Source of the DNA: Candidatus Binatia bacterium
Lineage (GTDB): Bacteria > Desulfobacterota > Binatia > Bin18
Length of the DNA: 64,000 nucleotides
Assembly: GCA_963666315.2 (NCBI GenBank)
Contig: CAXXHG010000043.1
Location: forward strand, 544,001 to 608,000
Reading direction: 5' to 3'
A program made the translations under genes and the position numbers. Under the pieces are notes generated by a model. It worked only from the letters and a program-made list of their open reading frames with translations. It searched no databases and was not told the DNA's origin. Positions 39,860 through 49,884 of this stretch are shown piece after piece; positions within the stretch are counted from its first letter, which is position 1, and each line of letters starts with the position of its first letter.

Positions 39860-40585
39860 ATGTCGGAGAGCAAAGACCCCAAAGAAATCCTGGAACAGAC
39901 ACAGCAGCCGTTCAGCTCACCTGGATTTGATACATGGACGGCTGCCTGGGCCGTCTCGAAACGAAGAAAGAAACAGGCGTCACCGCCCGCGCCAGATACC
40001 ACGTCGGACACGCTGCGAGCCGTGGAAAATGATCCGGAAACACTACGCAGGAGAACCGAGAATCTGTTTCAGGGCCCAGTGTTGGATACGTGGACGGCTG
40101 CCTGGGCGGCTTCAAAAGGAAAAATAAAGGCGCGGCCACAACGCAAAAAAGACAATGCCACGGTCGTGCGACAGATCTATACGGATATCTATACAGGTAT
40201 CTCGACAGATATCTCGCAAAACGAGCTGGCTGCAGTTCTGCAAGCGCTTGCTGAGAATCAGACGCTTGCTGAGAATATTGAGTGGCAGTCGCCCGGACCA
40301 AAGGAAATTCCTTGGGCTGGAACTATCCGGGGTCGAGAGCAGGTGGCGCAGTGGTTTGCCATACTCGACGAAACGAGAGAGCTTGAACAATTTGTACCGC
40401 GAGAATTTATCGCCCAAGGAAATCAGGTTGTTGTGATGTGCGACGAACGCAGCCGGGTGAAAGCGACCGGCAAAGTGTATGAGGTGGCCTTGGTTGCCGT
40501 ATGGACGCTTCTCAATGGGACGGTCACTCACTACCGCGAGTCCTATGACACAGCGACGGTGTTGGCTGCATTATGGGCAGAGTAG
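39860..40585 (+). CDS. SnoaL/NTF2-like protein with duplicated N-terminal motif
   Basis: C-terminal IEWQSPGP..IPWAG..RGREQV..WF...EFIAQGNQVVV...YDTA; AAGGA RBS. Confidence 0.78.
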   Translation: MSESKDPKEILEQTQQPFSSPGFDTWTAAWAVSKRRKKQASPPAPDTTSDTLRAVENDPETLRRRTENLFQGPVLDTWTAAWAASKGKIKARPQRKKDNATVVRQIYTDIYTGISTDISQNELAAVLQALAENQTLAENIEWQSPGPKEIPWAGTIRGREQVAQWFAILDETRELEQFVPREFIAQGNQVVVMCDERSRVKATGKVYEVALVAVWTLLNGTVTHYRESYDTATVLAALWAE

Positions 40586-40758
40586 CTTATTTCTTGGCAA
40601 GCAGCGTGTAACACATCGGTGGTTTCACCTTGAAATACTCAAAATGAGCCCACAGATTGGTACATCGGGCATCCAGCCCAACACGCCTATGGTGATGATG
40701 GATTGTAGAAGGATGTGATTCCAGCTGGGAGTGAGGGCTCCCTCTAGGAGGGGCTTCT

Positions 40759-41841
40759 CTAGATGGACGGGAGCGTTTTTTCTTTGTCCTGATTTTTCGG
40801 GTTAGGGGCTGTACGAAAATAGCTCTCCCGGTCGGAAGAACGTACCACAATTTCCTTGATTTCTGTCCCCTGCAGGAGGGTGATCGGGATGTCGGCTCCG
40901 GCGTCACTGAGCGCCCAGATTTTTCGATAGAAGTCGGCTTGGTCTTTGATCGGCTTGCCGGCGACCTTGAGCACAAGGTCATTCGCATGCACTTCCGCTT
41001 GTTCAGCTGGCCCGCCGGGTGCCACAGACATGATAATAAGCTTATCCCGGAATTTTTCAGTAAACAGGCCGAGCCAGGGTTGGGGAGAGGCGGCAGTCCG
41101 TCCTGTGCGAATGAGATCTTCCAGGATGGGTTTGAGACGATCAACAGGAATAAACATATTACCGGTCAGCGCCTGTCTGCCGGGCAGAACATCGTTCACC
41201 AAGAGCGAACCAATGCCGAGCAGTTTACCCTCGGCTCCAATCAATGCAGCTCCGGCATAATGCGGATGAGGCGGGGCGGTGAAAATGGCATCCTCAAGAA
41301 GGTATTCCCAAGAGCCGGCAAATTCTCGGCGTGAGGTCACAAGAGTGGGACGAATCGAGGCGGGGGTACTATCGCTGACAACTAAGAGCTCTGTTCGTTC
41401 GGTCAGCTGTGACGATTGGCCAAGCGACATCGGTGTTACATCCAGCGGTTCCGTTGCACGCAGCAAGCCGAATCCGGTCCTATAGTCATTGCCAATAACG
41501 GTTGCTTGGATGCGCCTGTTACCATTCAGCATGATCTCAACGCTGGAAGCCTCGATGATAAGATAGCCTACGGTCAGAATATGACCTTCAGTGTCAATCA
41601 CGACACCGCTCCCGTCTCGCTCGGTTCCCAGAAACCGTGCGGTGCGTGCGCTGGCCGGTACTTCTGCATGGATGGTCACAATAGCGGAGAGAACCTCGTC
41701 AGCGATGGGAGCTGCGCACACAGCCTGGCCACCTAAAGCGAGAAGAAGGCCGAGCAGCCAGCCTGTGACAGTCGGCCACTTTCCCCGTCTCAGCCCGCAT
41801 TCGAAAGCGCGCGTGAAAACCTGACGTCGGTCTGTTTGCAT
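40759..41841 (-). CDS. Trypsin-like (S1C)/PDZ protein lacking catalytic His and Ser
   Basis: GSGVVID...ILTVGYLI, YAGAALIG..G.LLGIG, PWLG and PDZ domain; signal peptide. Confidence 0.8.
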   Translation of the reverse strand: MQTDRRQVFTRAFECGLRRGKWPTVTGWLLGLLLALGGQAVCAAPIADEVLSAIVTIHAEVPASARTARFLGTERDGSGVVIDTEGHILTVGYLIIEASSVEIMLNGNRRIQATVIGNDYRTGFGLLRATEPLDVTPMSLGQSSQLTERTELLVVSDSTPASIRPTLVTSRREFAGSWEYLLEDAIFTAPPHPHYAGAALIGAEGKLLGIGSLLVNDVLPGRQALTGNMFIPVDRLKPILEDLIRTGRTAASPQPWLGLFTEKFRDKLIIMSVAPGGPAEQAEVHANDLVLKVAGKPIKDQADFYRKIWALSDAGADIPITLLQGTEIKEIVVRSSDRESYFRTAPNPKNQDKEKTLPSI

Positions 41842-41973
41842 GACAACACCCGCTGTTATGTTCTGTTATCTGGGTCTCTTAGCTTCTAGCCCGCTGTATG
41901 GGGCAGAGTCAAGAGGAGAGCCCTCTGAGCATGCTTCCCTCGATGGTACCGACGGTGGGCACCGAGAAAGCAG

Positions 41974-42933
41974 CTAGAGTAATTGTTCACTCAGGTGATG
42001 GAAGCTGGCATCTTCGGAACTGTACTCGCGGGTAGTGAGCAAAATGCCGAAACGCGGTCTGCCGTTTGCCTCTTGTTGCTGCTCGATTCGATACAAATGG
42101 TAGTGTGAACGCCGCTGTGGCCGGCGTCCAATGGCTGAAGACGCCCGGACTCCGACAACGGGAATCGGTCCGTGTGGTCCTGGAACACTCGCCCGTATGG
42201 TTTTGTGAATATGGCCGTGCAGAATGAGCTCGGCGCCGGTTTTAGCAATCACACGGCGAAAGGCGTCGGCATCCGTCAGCCTGCGACGGGCTGCCGTGTG
42301 CATCTCTTGCGGCGGATGGTGAATAAGAACGACCCGGCATAAGCGGGTTTCCGCCAGAGCGCTGAGAAGCTGTTCGAGTCGCTGCAGTTGACTCCGGCCT
42401 ACCTCTCCTGAGGCATACAAAGGCGCGGTTGCCTGTGCTGTTGAGACACCCACGACAGCAATGGGCCCACAGGTTCGGATAGTCGGGAAATTGGACGCGG
42501 TATGATTTGCGATATGATTTGAAAGAAGCGCAAGCAAGTCTGACGCAGCACTCGATAAATTGTCGGAGCGCATATAGTCGCTCCAATAATCCCAGGGGAA
42601 GCGTTCACTACTGGGTGTATAGGTATCGTGATTTCCGGGGATGAGAGAAACCTGTTGTGGACCGCCCAGCCGTTGAAGCCATGGCAGCGAGGCGGAGAAT
42701 TCGTCTTCCAGCGCAATGTTTGTCAGATCTCCCGTAATCACAAGGTGGTCTGGCTGCTGGGTACGCAAATCGGTGGCAAGAGCGGCCAATACCTCGGGTC
42801 GGTACTCCTTACGTCGACGCAAGGACCATGACAACGCGCCTAAGGCGCGCTTATTCAGGAATGCCCTAGGGTGTCGGAGACGGATTGGGGTCACGTGGAG
42901 GTCTGACAAATGGGCAAGTATGAAAACTGACAT
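41974..42933 (-). CDS. Calcineurin-like metallophosphoesterase
   Basis: HLSDLH, ITGDLTN, PGNHD, IHHPP, LHGHIH. Confidence 0.9.
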   Translation of the reverse strand: MSVFILAHLSDLHVTPIRLRHPRAFLNKRALGALSWSLRRRKEYRPEVLAALATDLRTQQPDHLVITGDLTNIALEDEFSASLPWLQRLGGPQQVSLIPGNHDTYTPSSERFPWDYWSDYMRSDNLSSAASDLLALLSNHIANHTASNFPTIRTCGPIAVVGVSTAQATAPLYASGEVGRSQLQRLEQLLSALAETRLCRVVLIHHPPQEMHTAARRRLTDADAFRRVIAKTGAELILHGHIHKTIRASVPGPHGPIPVVGVRASSAIGRRPQRRSHYHLYRIEQQQEANGRPRFGILLTTREYSSEDASFHHLSEQLL

Positions 42934-43005
42934 AATCCCTAAGTTATTCAGCCTATACCACTTCCCTAGGGTATGATAAGACCGCTCTTCCGCAGGAGCA
43001 CAGGC

Positions 43006-44223
43006 ATGAAGCAGGTGGCAGGCGCAGAAAATGTCCACGCGTGGATAGTCAACACGCCGAGCCATCCGAGCGATGCCGCCGACAGCCCTATCGAGATTTG
43101 GGGTCTTTCTCCGCTAGAGCGCCTGCGCCGCAGCCTACACGCGGCCGGCGTCCCTGACAGCTATATCTATACCGGCGCAGCCGTGCCGGCCAGTGCGCAA
43201 GGCGCGCCGGTTATTCTTGTGCGGGCGGATTACGTTTTCGACGAACGTTTGATCCGTGCGCTTATTGAACAAAAGCCGACGCGCGGCGTGGTCCTGGTCG
43301 ATCCAGATAATCAGACGGCAGTAGCGGCAGTGACAACGCGCGACCAGCTTGATGCGGTCTTACCTGTTCTTCTTGATGCAGCAGAAATCCCTACTGAGCA
43401 ACCCAACAATGTCGACTACCTTGAGCCTGCAGCGCTGGTCTCGGCCTATTCGTCTGCGCTGCGAAAATTCGATCCGCCGTATCTCCTTCCCATTCGGTCA
43501 GAGAAACTCATGCAGATTGAGAATCGTATTTTTGGCGCATCGTATAAGGGCATTACCGATGTGGTGACAAAGTGGGTCTGGCCGCTGCCTGCGCGTGCGG
43601 TAACACGACTTTTAGCCCGATTACACGTTTGTCCTAATGTGGTGACCGGGCTCAGTTGGGTGCTGGTGGGTGCTGCGACCTGGCTCTTTGTGCAGGGACA
43701 CTTCGGCCTGGGATTGCTGTGTGCCTGGCTCATGACCTTTCTGGATACGGTGGACGGGAAGCTGGCCCGGGTCACCTTTACCTCAAGTCGGGTCGGGCAT
43801 GTCCTGGATCATGGCCTTGACCTTGTCCATCCGCCGTTTTGGTATCTCGCCTGGGTGGCGGGATTGTCCGGCAGGGTCTCTCTTGCCGTCATCTGGGCTG
43901 ATCCTACGACGGCGATTATCATTGGCGGCTATATCATAGGCCGGTTGCTGGAGGGCCTGTTTGTGCTGGCCTTCCATATGGAAATCCACTCGTGGCGACC
44001 GGTTGATTCGTTCTTTCGTACCATTACCGCCCGCCGGAATCCTAATCTGATCCTGCTCACTCTAGGGACCTGCGCCAGCCGGCCCGACCTGGGCTTCTGG
44101 TTGGTCGCTGTTTGGACGGTGTGTTCTCTTGTGTTTCATACCGTGCGATTCGGCCAAGCCTTTGTCCAACGCTGGTACGGCCAGCCTATTCAGACCTGGC
44201 AAGTATCCAGGACGCCGGCATGA
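43006..44223 (+). CDS. CDP-alcohol phosphatidyltransferase with N-terminal NTP-transferase-like domain (CpgC-like, copy 1)
   Basis: IWGLSPLERL, YKGITDVVTKWVWP, LDTVDGKLAR...GHVLDHGLD, TARRNPNL. Confidence 0.87.
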   Translation: MKQVAGAENVHAWIVNTPSHPSDAADSPIEIWGLSPLERLRRSLHAAGVPDSYIYTGAAVPASAQGAPVILVRADYVFDERLIRALIEQKPTRGVVLVDPDNQTAVAAVTTRDQLDAVLPVLLDAAEIPTEQPNNVDYLEPAALVSAYSSALRKFDPPYLLPIRSEKLMQIENRIFGASYKGITDVVTKWVWPLPARAVTRLLARLHVCPNVVTGLSWVLVGAATWLFVQGHFGLGLLCAWLMTFLDTVDGKLARVTFTSSRVGHVLDHGLDLVHPPFWYLAWVAGLSGRVSLAVIWADPTTAIIIGGYIIGRLLEGLFVLAFHMEIHSWRPVDSFFRTITARRNPNLILLTLGTCASRPDLGFWLVAVWTVCSLVFHTVRFGQAFVQRWYGQPIQTWQVSRTPA

Positions 44224-45452
44224 GTCGCATGAGTAGACGGACGTGTTCGTCTCCCGTTTCTCAACTCAGACGCGTCTTTTGGACCGTGCCGGTTGGATTT
44301 CCCTATATCTTCAGAATTTTCGGAATTGTCGGAATCCTCGGAGTTCTCGCAATTTTGGGAGGAGTTCCCACATTTGGCTTATGGACGGGCTGGAGTGGCG
44401 ATCTCTTTGCCGCAGCTGAGCGCGGAAATCCGGCCGCCCGCCTACTGCCGGGAGAGCTTGCCCACGAGCGGTGGGATCTGACTGCCCGGTTCGATTCCGG
44501 CCATTTTCTGTTCGCTGAATTTTTGATCACCAACTTTGGGCTTGGTGATCGGAACGCTGCAGTGATTGGTCATGTCGTTCGACCCAACGGTCAGAGCCGG
44601 CGATTTCGGAACGGTCGGCGTGAAAGTCGATGGCAGCTCTCGTCAGATCGGCTCCGGATGGAAGTCGGGTCGAGTCTGCTCGACCAACGCAGCCCAAAAC
44701 ATCAGCTGCGGGTCAGGAAGAAGAGTACGCAGATTGAGCTGGATTTTTATCCGCGCGGGCCGGCTGTCTGGGCAGCTGATTTTCCGCCATCCGGTTACGC
44801 GCTGGATCTGCTTGATCCTGCTGCACGGGCTGAGGGGTCTGTCTGGGTCAAAGGCATGGACACGCCGGTGACGGTACACGGGACTGTCGCCGTCACCCAT
44901 AGCTGGGCGAATGAGGCGGAATCTGATCTGGTGCTGCGTCGGCTGGAATTCTTTTTGTTTCCGGATAAGCAAAGTGAGATGTCGCTCTACTTAGCGGATC
45001 TCACGACACCCCACGGAGCCCACAGCCGTTGGCTTGTTGTCAAAAACGGACAACAGGTGGTCCACGAGGCGCAAAATTTTCAGCTTACGTTTGACGGGAA
45101 TGTGAAAAATATCGGGTCCTACCATGTCCCCCAACAGTTCTCTTTTGAGAGTACAGCTGCCCATCCACACATAAAAGGCCGGGTTCAGCTCGACCGGGTG
45201 CTCCTGCTGTATAATCCTCTGGATGATATCCCGCAGCCCTTTCGCTTTCTGATCTCTCTCAAGCTGAAACCGCGTCGGGTGTGGCTCCTGTCGCCTTTCG
45301 AAATAATCTTCCAGCCGGACCAGGCGCGTGCATCAATTACGCTGACAGGCACTGGCATCACAAAAGTCTCGTTTCTCAACCCCTTAGCCCCCACCGCGAC
45401 CGGATGTAACGGTCTCGGTTTTTCAGGGATTTCGTGCGACTGGGCCTTTTAA
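44220..45452 (+). CDS. Membrane-anchored beta-rich hypothetical protein (AttH/CrtC/Svf1 lipocalin-like)
   Basis: ATGA-coupled to upstream gene; N-terminal TM; ERWDLTARFDSGHFLFAEFLITNFG and GTVAVTHSW motifs resemble AttH-like double barrels. Confidence 0.55.
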   Translation: MSRMSRRTCSSPVSQLRRVFWTVPVGFPYIFRIFGIVGILGVLAILGGVPTFGLWTGWSGDLFAAAERGNPAARLLPGELAHERWDLTARFDSGHFLFAEFLITNFGLGDRNAAVIGHVVRPNGQSRRFRNGRRESRWQLSSDRLRMEVGSSLLDQRSPKHQLRVRKKSTQIELDFYPRGPAVWAADFPPSGYALDLLDPAARAEGSVWVKGMDTPVTVHGTVAVTHSWANEAESDLVLRRLEFFLFPDKQSEMSLYLADLTTPHGAHSRWLVVKNGQQVVHEAQNFQLTFDGNVKNIGSYHVPQQFSFESTAAHPHIKGRVQLDRVLLLYNPLDDIPQPFRFLISLKLKPRRVWLLSPFEIIFQPDQARASITLTGTGITKVSFLNPLAPTATGCNGLGFSGISCDWAF

Positions 45453-46432
45453 GCAATTGCCGGGCTGGTCTTAAGAAAGGCCACCTTGGCGCGCTTGGGC
45501 GCGTCCTTAAGGCTGCTCCAGATGTGGTGCATATCGAGACCGCTGGCAGCGAGGAGGTGCCCGAGGCGTTAGCCCGCTTAGCGCGTCAGGAAGTTACAGT
45601 GCTGGCTGTGAATGGCGGGGACGGGACGCTGCAGCATGTACTGACCGAAGTTTTAAGCAGCAATATCTTCGAGACGCTGCCCTGTATTGCCCCTCTGTGC
45701 GGTGGACGAACAAACATGAGCGCGCATGATATCGGCAGTCGTGGCAAGCCGGCTGCTGGCCTTGCTACGCTCATGAGTAGCGTGCAAGCGAATACGCTTG
45801 GACAACGGATTGTCGAACGGCCTGTGTTGCGCATTGACTGCGGGCCACACCAGCGTCCTCAATATGGGATGTTCTTCGGCGCAGGCGTCATCCAACGGGC
45901 GCTGGCTTTTAAGCATCAGCTGTATCCCCAGCAGCGCTTGCAAGGACTGTTTGGGGCGGGGCTCTTCTTGGGTGGGACGTTGCTGCGGATCGCGTGTGGT
46001 GCGCAAACCGGACTCCTGACACCGGACGAAATTGGGATAGGTCTGCACGCTGAGCATGGTGAGCAGTATGTGAATGATGAGTGTGTTCCGCTGGCACACC
46101 TGGAACGGGAACGGTTCCAACTGCTGATGGCTACAACGCTTGCGCGTCTTTTTCTCCGCATTCGCCCGTTTTGGGGACGAGAAGATGCTGCAGTCCGATT
46201 TACCTCTATCGCGGCAAGAGCGAAGCGGAGTCTTCCTGCTGTGCTAAAAATCTTGCGGGGGCTGCCACCTGCGCCGTCCATTAGCGCGAGCGGCTATTGC
46301 AGCCGAAATGTTGAGAGTGTGACCTTACACATGGACTGTGGTTTCACGATTGATGGCGAACTGTTCGACCCGGAGCCAGGACGAACAGTCCGTCTTGAGG
46401 CCGACCATAGACTCCGTTTTGTGCGAGCATGA
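45434..46432 (+). CDS. Diacylglycerol/sphingosine kinase family protein (ceramide kinase CpgB-like)
   Basis: VLAVNGGDGT, GGRTNMSAHDIG, GMFFGAG, FTIDGELF. Confidence 0.85.
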   Translation: MRLGLLSNCRAGLKKGHLGALGRVLKAAPDVVHIETAGSEEVPEALARLARQEVTVLAVNGGDGTLQHVLTEVLSSNIFETLPCIAPLCGGRTNMSAHDIGSRGKPAAGLATLMSSVQANTLGQRIVERPVLRIDCGPHQRPQYGMFFGAGVIQRALAFKHQLYPQQRLQGLFGAGLFLGGTLLRIACGAQTGLLTPDEIGIGLHAEHGEQYVNDECVPLAHLERERFQLLMATTLARLFLRIRPFWGREDAAVRFTSIAARAKRSLPAVLKILRGLPPAPSISASGYCSRNVESVTLHMDCGFTIDGELFDPEPGRTVRLEADHRLRFVRA

Positions 46433-47433
46433 GTGATATGGACGGACCTGCAACATCCCTCGGTGCAGCACCTGACATGCTCCTGACCGAGCTCTTTTTG
46501 AAAGAGTTGACCCAGCCTGTTCCACAAGAAGCTGACATTATCGCTGCTGAAATTCAGCGCCGTCACGGTCAGGCCGTGGATGCCGTGCTTTTTTACGGCT
46601 CCTGCCTGCGTACTCAGCAGATGACCGACGCTGTGCTAGATTTTTATGTTCTGGTCCGCTCATATCCGGCGGCGTATGAAAAGCCCATACTGAGATGGCT
46701 GAATGCACTCCTGCCACCAAACGTGTTCTATCTTGAGATAGGACATGCGCCGCAGACGCTGCGAGCAAAGTATGCCGTTATCTCGACTGTGGATTTTGAG
46801 CAGGCGACTACTCCACGCAGCATTCCTGCCATTATATGGGCGCGGTTTTGCCAGCCCGCACGGCTTGTGTATGCACGCGATAGTGTCGTGCAAGAAAGAG
46901 TGGCGCAGGCAACAGCGCAAGCCGCGCTGACGTTCATAAGACGGGCGGTCCTCTTTTTCGCTTCTCCGGAGGGTGATCTGCCTATTCCCTGTGCCGACCT
47001 GTGGCACACCGGATTCCAAGAAACTTACCGTACAGAGTTTCGTACCGAACGACCAGAAACCATTCGTGCCTTATACAAAGCAAGCCCTGAGCGATACGAC
47101 CGGATAGCGCGGTGCGGACTCCAACGACTTCAACAGCAACGCGTGTTTGACCTCCAAGAGCAAGGCGGGCAGTGGACGCTGTCTATGCCGCTGCTTCAAC
47201 GGTGGACGAGACGCTGCGGCTGGACCCTGCGCCGTTCCTTGGCAAAAATGCTGTATGCTTTGCGGCTCTTCAAGACGGCGCTGACCTTTGGAGATTGGCT
47301 GCCCTATGTCCTGTGGAAGCTGGGGCGGCATACTGGGGTGTGGGTTGAGCTGTCTGAGCGGCAGCGCCGCTACCCATTGATCTGGGGCTGGCCGGTGCTG
47401 TTTAAGCTTCTTCGGCAACGTGTTCTTCGATAA
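46429..47433 (+). CDS. Pol-beta-type nucleotidyltransferase, Tam41/CpgA-like lipid cytidylyltransferase
   Basis: AVLFYGSCLR...DAVLDFYVLV, LLPPNVFY, LRAKYAV, WARFCQP, TYRTEFR; ATGA-coupled to the kinase. Confidence 0.7.
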   Translation: MSDMDGPATSLGAAPDMLLTELFLKELTQPVPQEADIIAAEIQRRHGQAVDAVLFYGSCLRTQQMTDAVLDFYVLVRSYPAAYEKPILRWLNALLPPNVFYLEIGHAPQTLRAKYAVISTVDFEQATTPRSIPAIIWARFCQPARLVYARDSVVQERVAQATAQAALTFIRRAVLFFASPEGDLPIPCADLWHTGFQETYRTEFRTERPETIRALYKASPERYDRIARCGLQRLQQQRVFDLQEQGGQWTLSMPLLQRWTRRCGWTLRRSLAKMLYALRLFKTALTFGDWLPYVLWKLGRHTGVWVELSERQRRYPLIWGWPVLFKLLRQRVLR

Positions 47434-48518
47434 CTGATGCAGATGTCCGGTGTAGGCGTATCCGTCGTATCAAGTGTCGGATCGCCGAAAGAATGCCGCG
47501 CTCGCTGGTTTGATTATAGGAAGAGTCCAAGGGCAAAGCGTCCTGCAGCTGGCGATGCAGCCCCCCCAGACTATGATAGGGGACATTCGGCAAGAGGTGA
47601 TGAAGCGCGTGATAGCGTAAGCCCACCGGCGCAGCCAGAACGGTCAGGACCGGCCATCCGCTCAAATTGATGGAGTCAAGCAGCTGTTCTGTCAGGCTCA
47701 GTTGCCGCCCGCTATTTTCATAGCGATGAGCGGCCAGGGTGCGGACTTGATTCAGCACCAATATACCGGCTGTCACCAGGTACCACTGCAAGATCCAAGT
47801 GGTGGGCAGGAGGCCCATCATCCAGCTTACGCAGGCGAACCAAACAACCAGGGCTGCGGCCGCTTCTTGAACGCGCCAGCGGGAGATCTGATGTTTGCGT
47901 GGCAGCGGACGACAATAGGCTGGGTTAATGACCAGGGTCGAGGCGCGCTGAACAAGCAGCTTGCGCAATGGAGGAATGCTATACGACAGAGGTCCCAGGA
48001 TACCCCAGCGAAGTACTAGTAAGGCTGGAACGATCAACACACCGAGGACAAACCAGCCAAGGCTGAGTATGTTTCCCTGGGCAAGGGGCGCGTACTCGGG
48101 GTCGTTTGCTGTACCGAAAACATTGGGCCGATGGTGATCCCCGTGGGATCCAACATACATCAGGCTGGGTAAGAGGAAAGGCAAGCCGACAAGGAGATGC
48201 CAGGCGATTTCGAAACCTGGCAGACTGCCTCGCTTACAAATGTGCAATTTCATGGATAAATAAGGTCGCACGGAGCAGTGCGACCAGAGCGATGACGGTT
48301 GCTGCGAAGTAGGCCAAGGAGCTGAATGGCGAGTGAAGACTCAGATAAAAAGCCGTCCAACCCACTACAGATGACAGCAAGAGATCAAGCCAGTAGATGC
48401 CAGGATGTGGCTGAAACGTCTTGAGAAACTGTTTGCGCAGCCGTTGTGCCAGCCGCTCGTCCGGTGTTGCTACGAGCAGGTCCTCAAGGGATGGGAGGGT
48501 TGACTCTCTTGGCTGCAC
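47402..48518 (-). pseudogene. Membrane fatty acid/sphingolipid desaturase, single +1 frameshift
   Basis: His boxes HEIAH, HGDHH and HALHH; one extra T near 48236 (cat ttg t aag cga) splits ORFs 48234..48518 and 47402..48271. Confidence 0.85.
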
Positions 48519-48750
48519 TCTTTTTTCCTAATCTTGCCTAGTCCCGCCTAGTCTTGCTTACCCCCGCTCATAACAAAGCCGGCTTCTATAAGAGCGCCCT
48601 AGGCCGCCTTGTCAAGAGAGATCTCTGGGAAGTCGAAGAGGGGGTCAATTGAGTAACATCGTTATTTCTAGTAAAACAACTGTGAAGTGGGTATGCCCTT
48701 GGCTAAATCCGGAAAATCTGTTACCTACCGTGCGATTTCATCGTGATTCA

Positions 48751-49785
48751 ATGGCTTCTGTGAGCATCTTGGTGACAATACCACGTGCGCCGGTGGTGAA
48801 GGCAGATTCTCGCGTCCTTGTGACTGGAGGAACTGGATTCATCGGATCACACTTCATCGACGCGCTTGTTGAACAAGGCGTGCGACCGCGCGTGCTCGTG
48901 CGTCGCACGAGTAATGTCTCTCAGCTCTCGGCACATGATCTCGAACTTATGACAGGCTCATTAGAAGATTCCGACAGTCTGGCCCGTGCGGTATCTGGGG
49001 TTGAGGTTGTCATCCATATCGCGGCCATAACAAAGGCGCCCACAGAGAAAAAATATTTGCGCGCTAACGCGGCCGGTACCCAAGCGCTTGTTGATGCAAT
49101 GCGCTCTGCTGAGCCACGTCCTCGACGGCTCGTCTATCTCAGTTCGCTTGCGGCAGCTGGGCCAGTGTTGGATGGACAACCCTTCGGACCAGACGACGCG
49201 CCACGACCTATTACTGCGTATGGACGAAGCAAGCTCATTGGTGAGCAAGCCTGTCTTGCTGCGTCTGACGCATTCGACGTTGTTGTCTTGCGTGCACCAG
49301 TGGTGTACGGACCACGAGAACGTGATTTTTTCTTGCTCTTTCGTTTGGCGACTCGGGGCATTTTGCCTACGCCAACGGGACCGGACCGCGTTGTCCAGCT
49401 CATCCATGTTGCGGATTTAGTTGAGGCGCTGATCCGTGGAGCAACAATGCCCGACGCACGTGGCATCTATCACGTAGCCGAATCACAATCCTATGCCTGG
49501 AGCGAGATTGCCGCGTGTATGGGGCGAGCAGTTGGGCGCTCAGTCCACCTGGTGCGTATCCCACAGCTCTTGATGCAAATTGCCGCAGCAGGCAGTGAAG
49601 TCGGGGCGGCAATAATAGGACGGGCGACCATATTTAATCGGGAAAAAGTCAAGGAGTTACTCGCTCCCGGCTGGTTGTGCGAAACGGCACTGGCCAGGCA
49701 AGAGCTAGGATTTGAGGCCAAGATTTCGCTTTCGACAGGATTTGCTGAAACAGCAGCATGGTATAAACGCAAGGCATGGTTGTAG
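48751..49785 (+). CDS. NAD-dependent epimerase/dehydratase family, probable ceramide reductase (CerR-like)
   Basis: VTGGTGFIG, YLSSLAA, YGRSK, VYGPRE; directly upstream of spt. Confidence 0.8.
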   Translation: MASVSILVTIPRAPVVKADSRVLVTGGTGFIGSHFIDALVEQGVRPRVLVRRTSNVSQLSAHDLELMTGSLEDSDSLARAVSGVEVVIHIAAITKAPTEKKYLRANAAGTQALVDAMRSAEPRPRRLVYLSSLAAAGPVLDGQPFGPDDAPRPITAYGRSKLIGEQACLAASDAFDVVVLRAPVVYGPRERDFFLLFRLATRGILPTPTGPDRVVQLIHVADLVEALIRGATMPDARGIYHVAESQSYAWSEIAACMGRAVGRSVHLVRIPQLLMQIAAAGSEVGAAIIGRATIFNREKVKELLAPGWLCETALARQELGFEAKISLSTGFAETAAWYKRKAWL

Positions 49786-49884
49786 TGTGGAAGGTCGTGG
49801 AGCCTGGAGGGGTGAGATGAAACCGGGACCACAACATGTCGCTAAAACTGACAATCTGGGATGTCACGGAGAGAGGGGGACGGG

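Noticed and set aside
39905-40110. Two ~25-bp direct repeats as a mini CRISPR array
   Set aside because: Only two copies ~156 bp apart, in frame within a CDS with synonymous differences; no cas genes.
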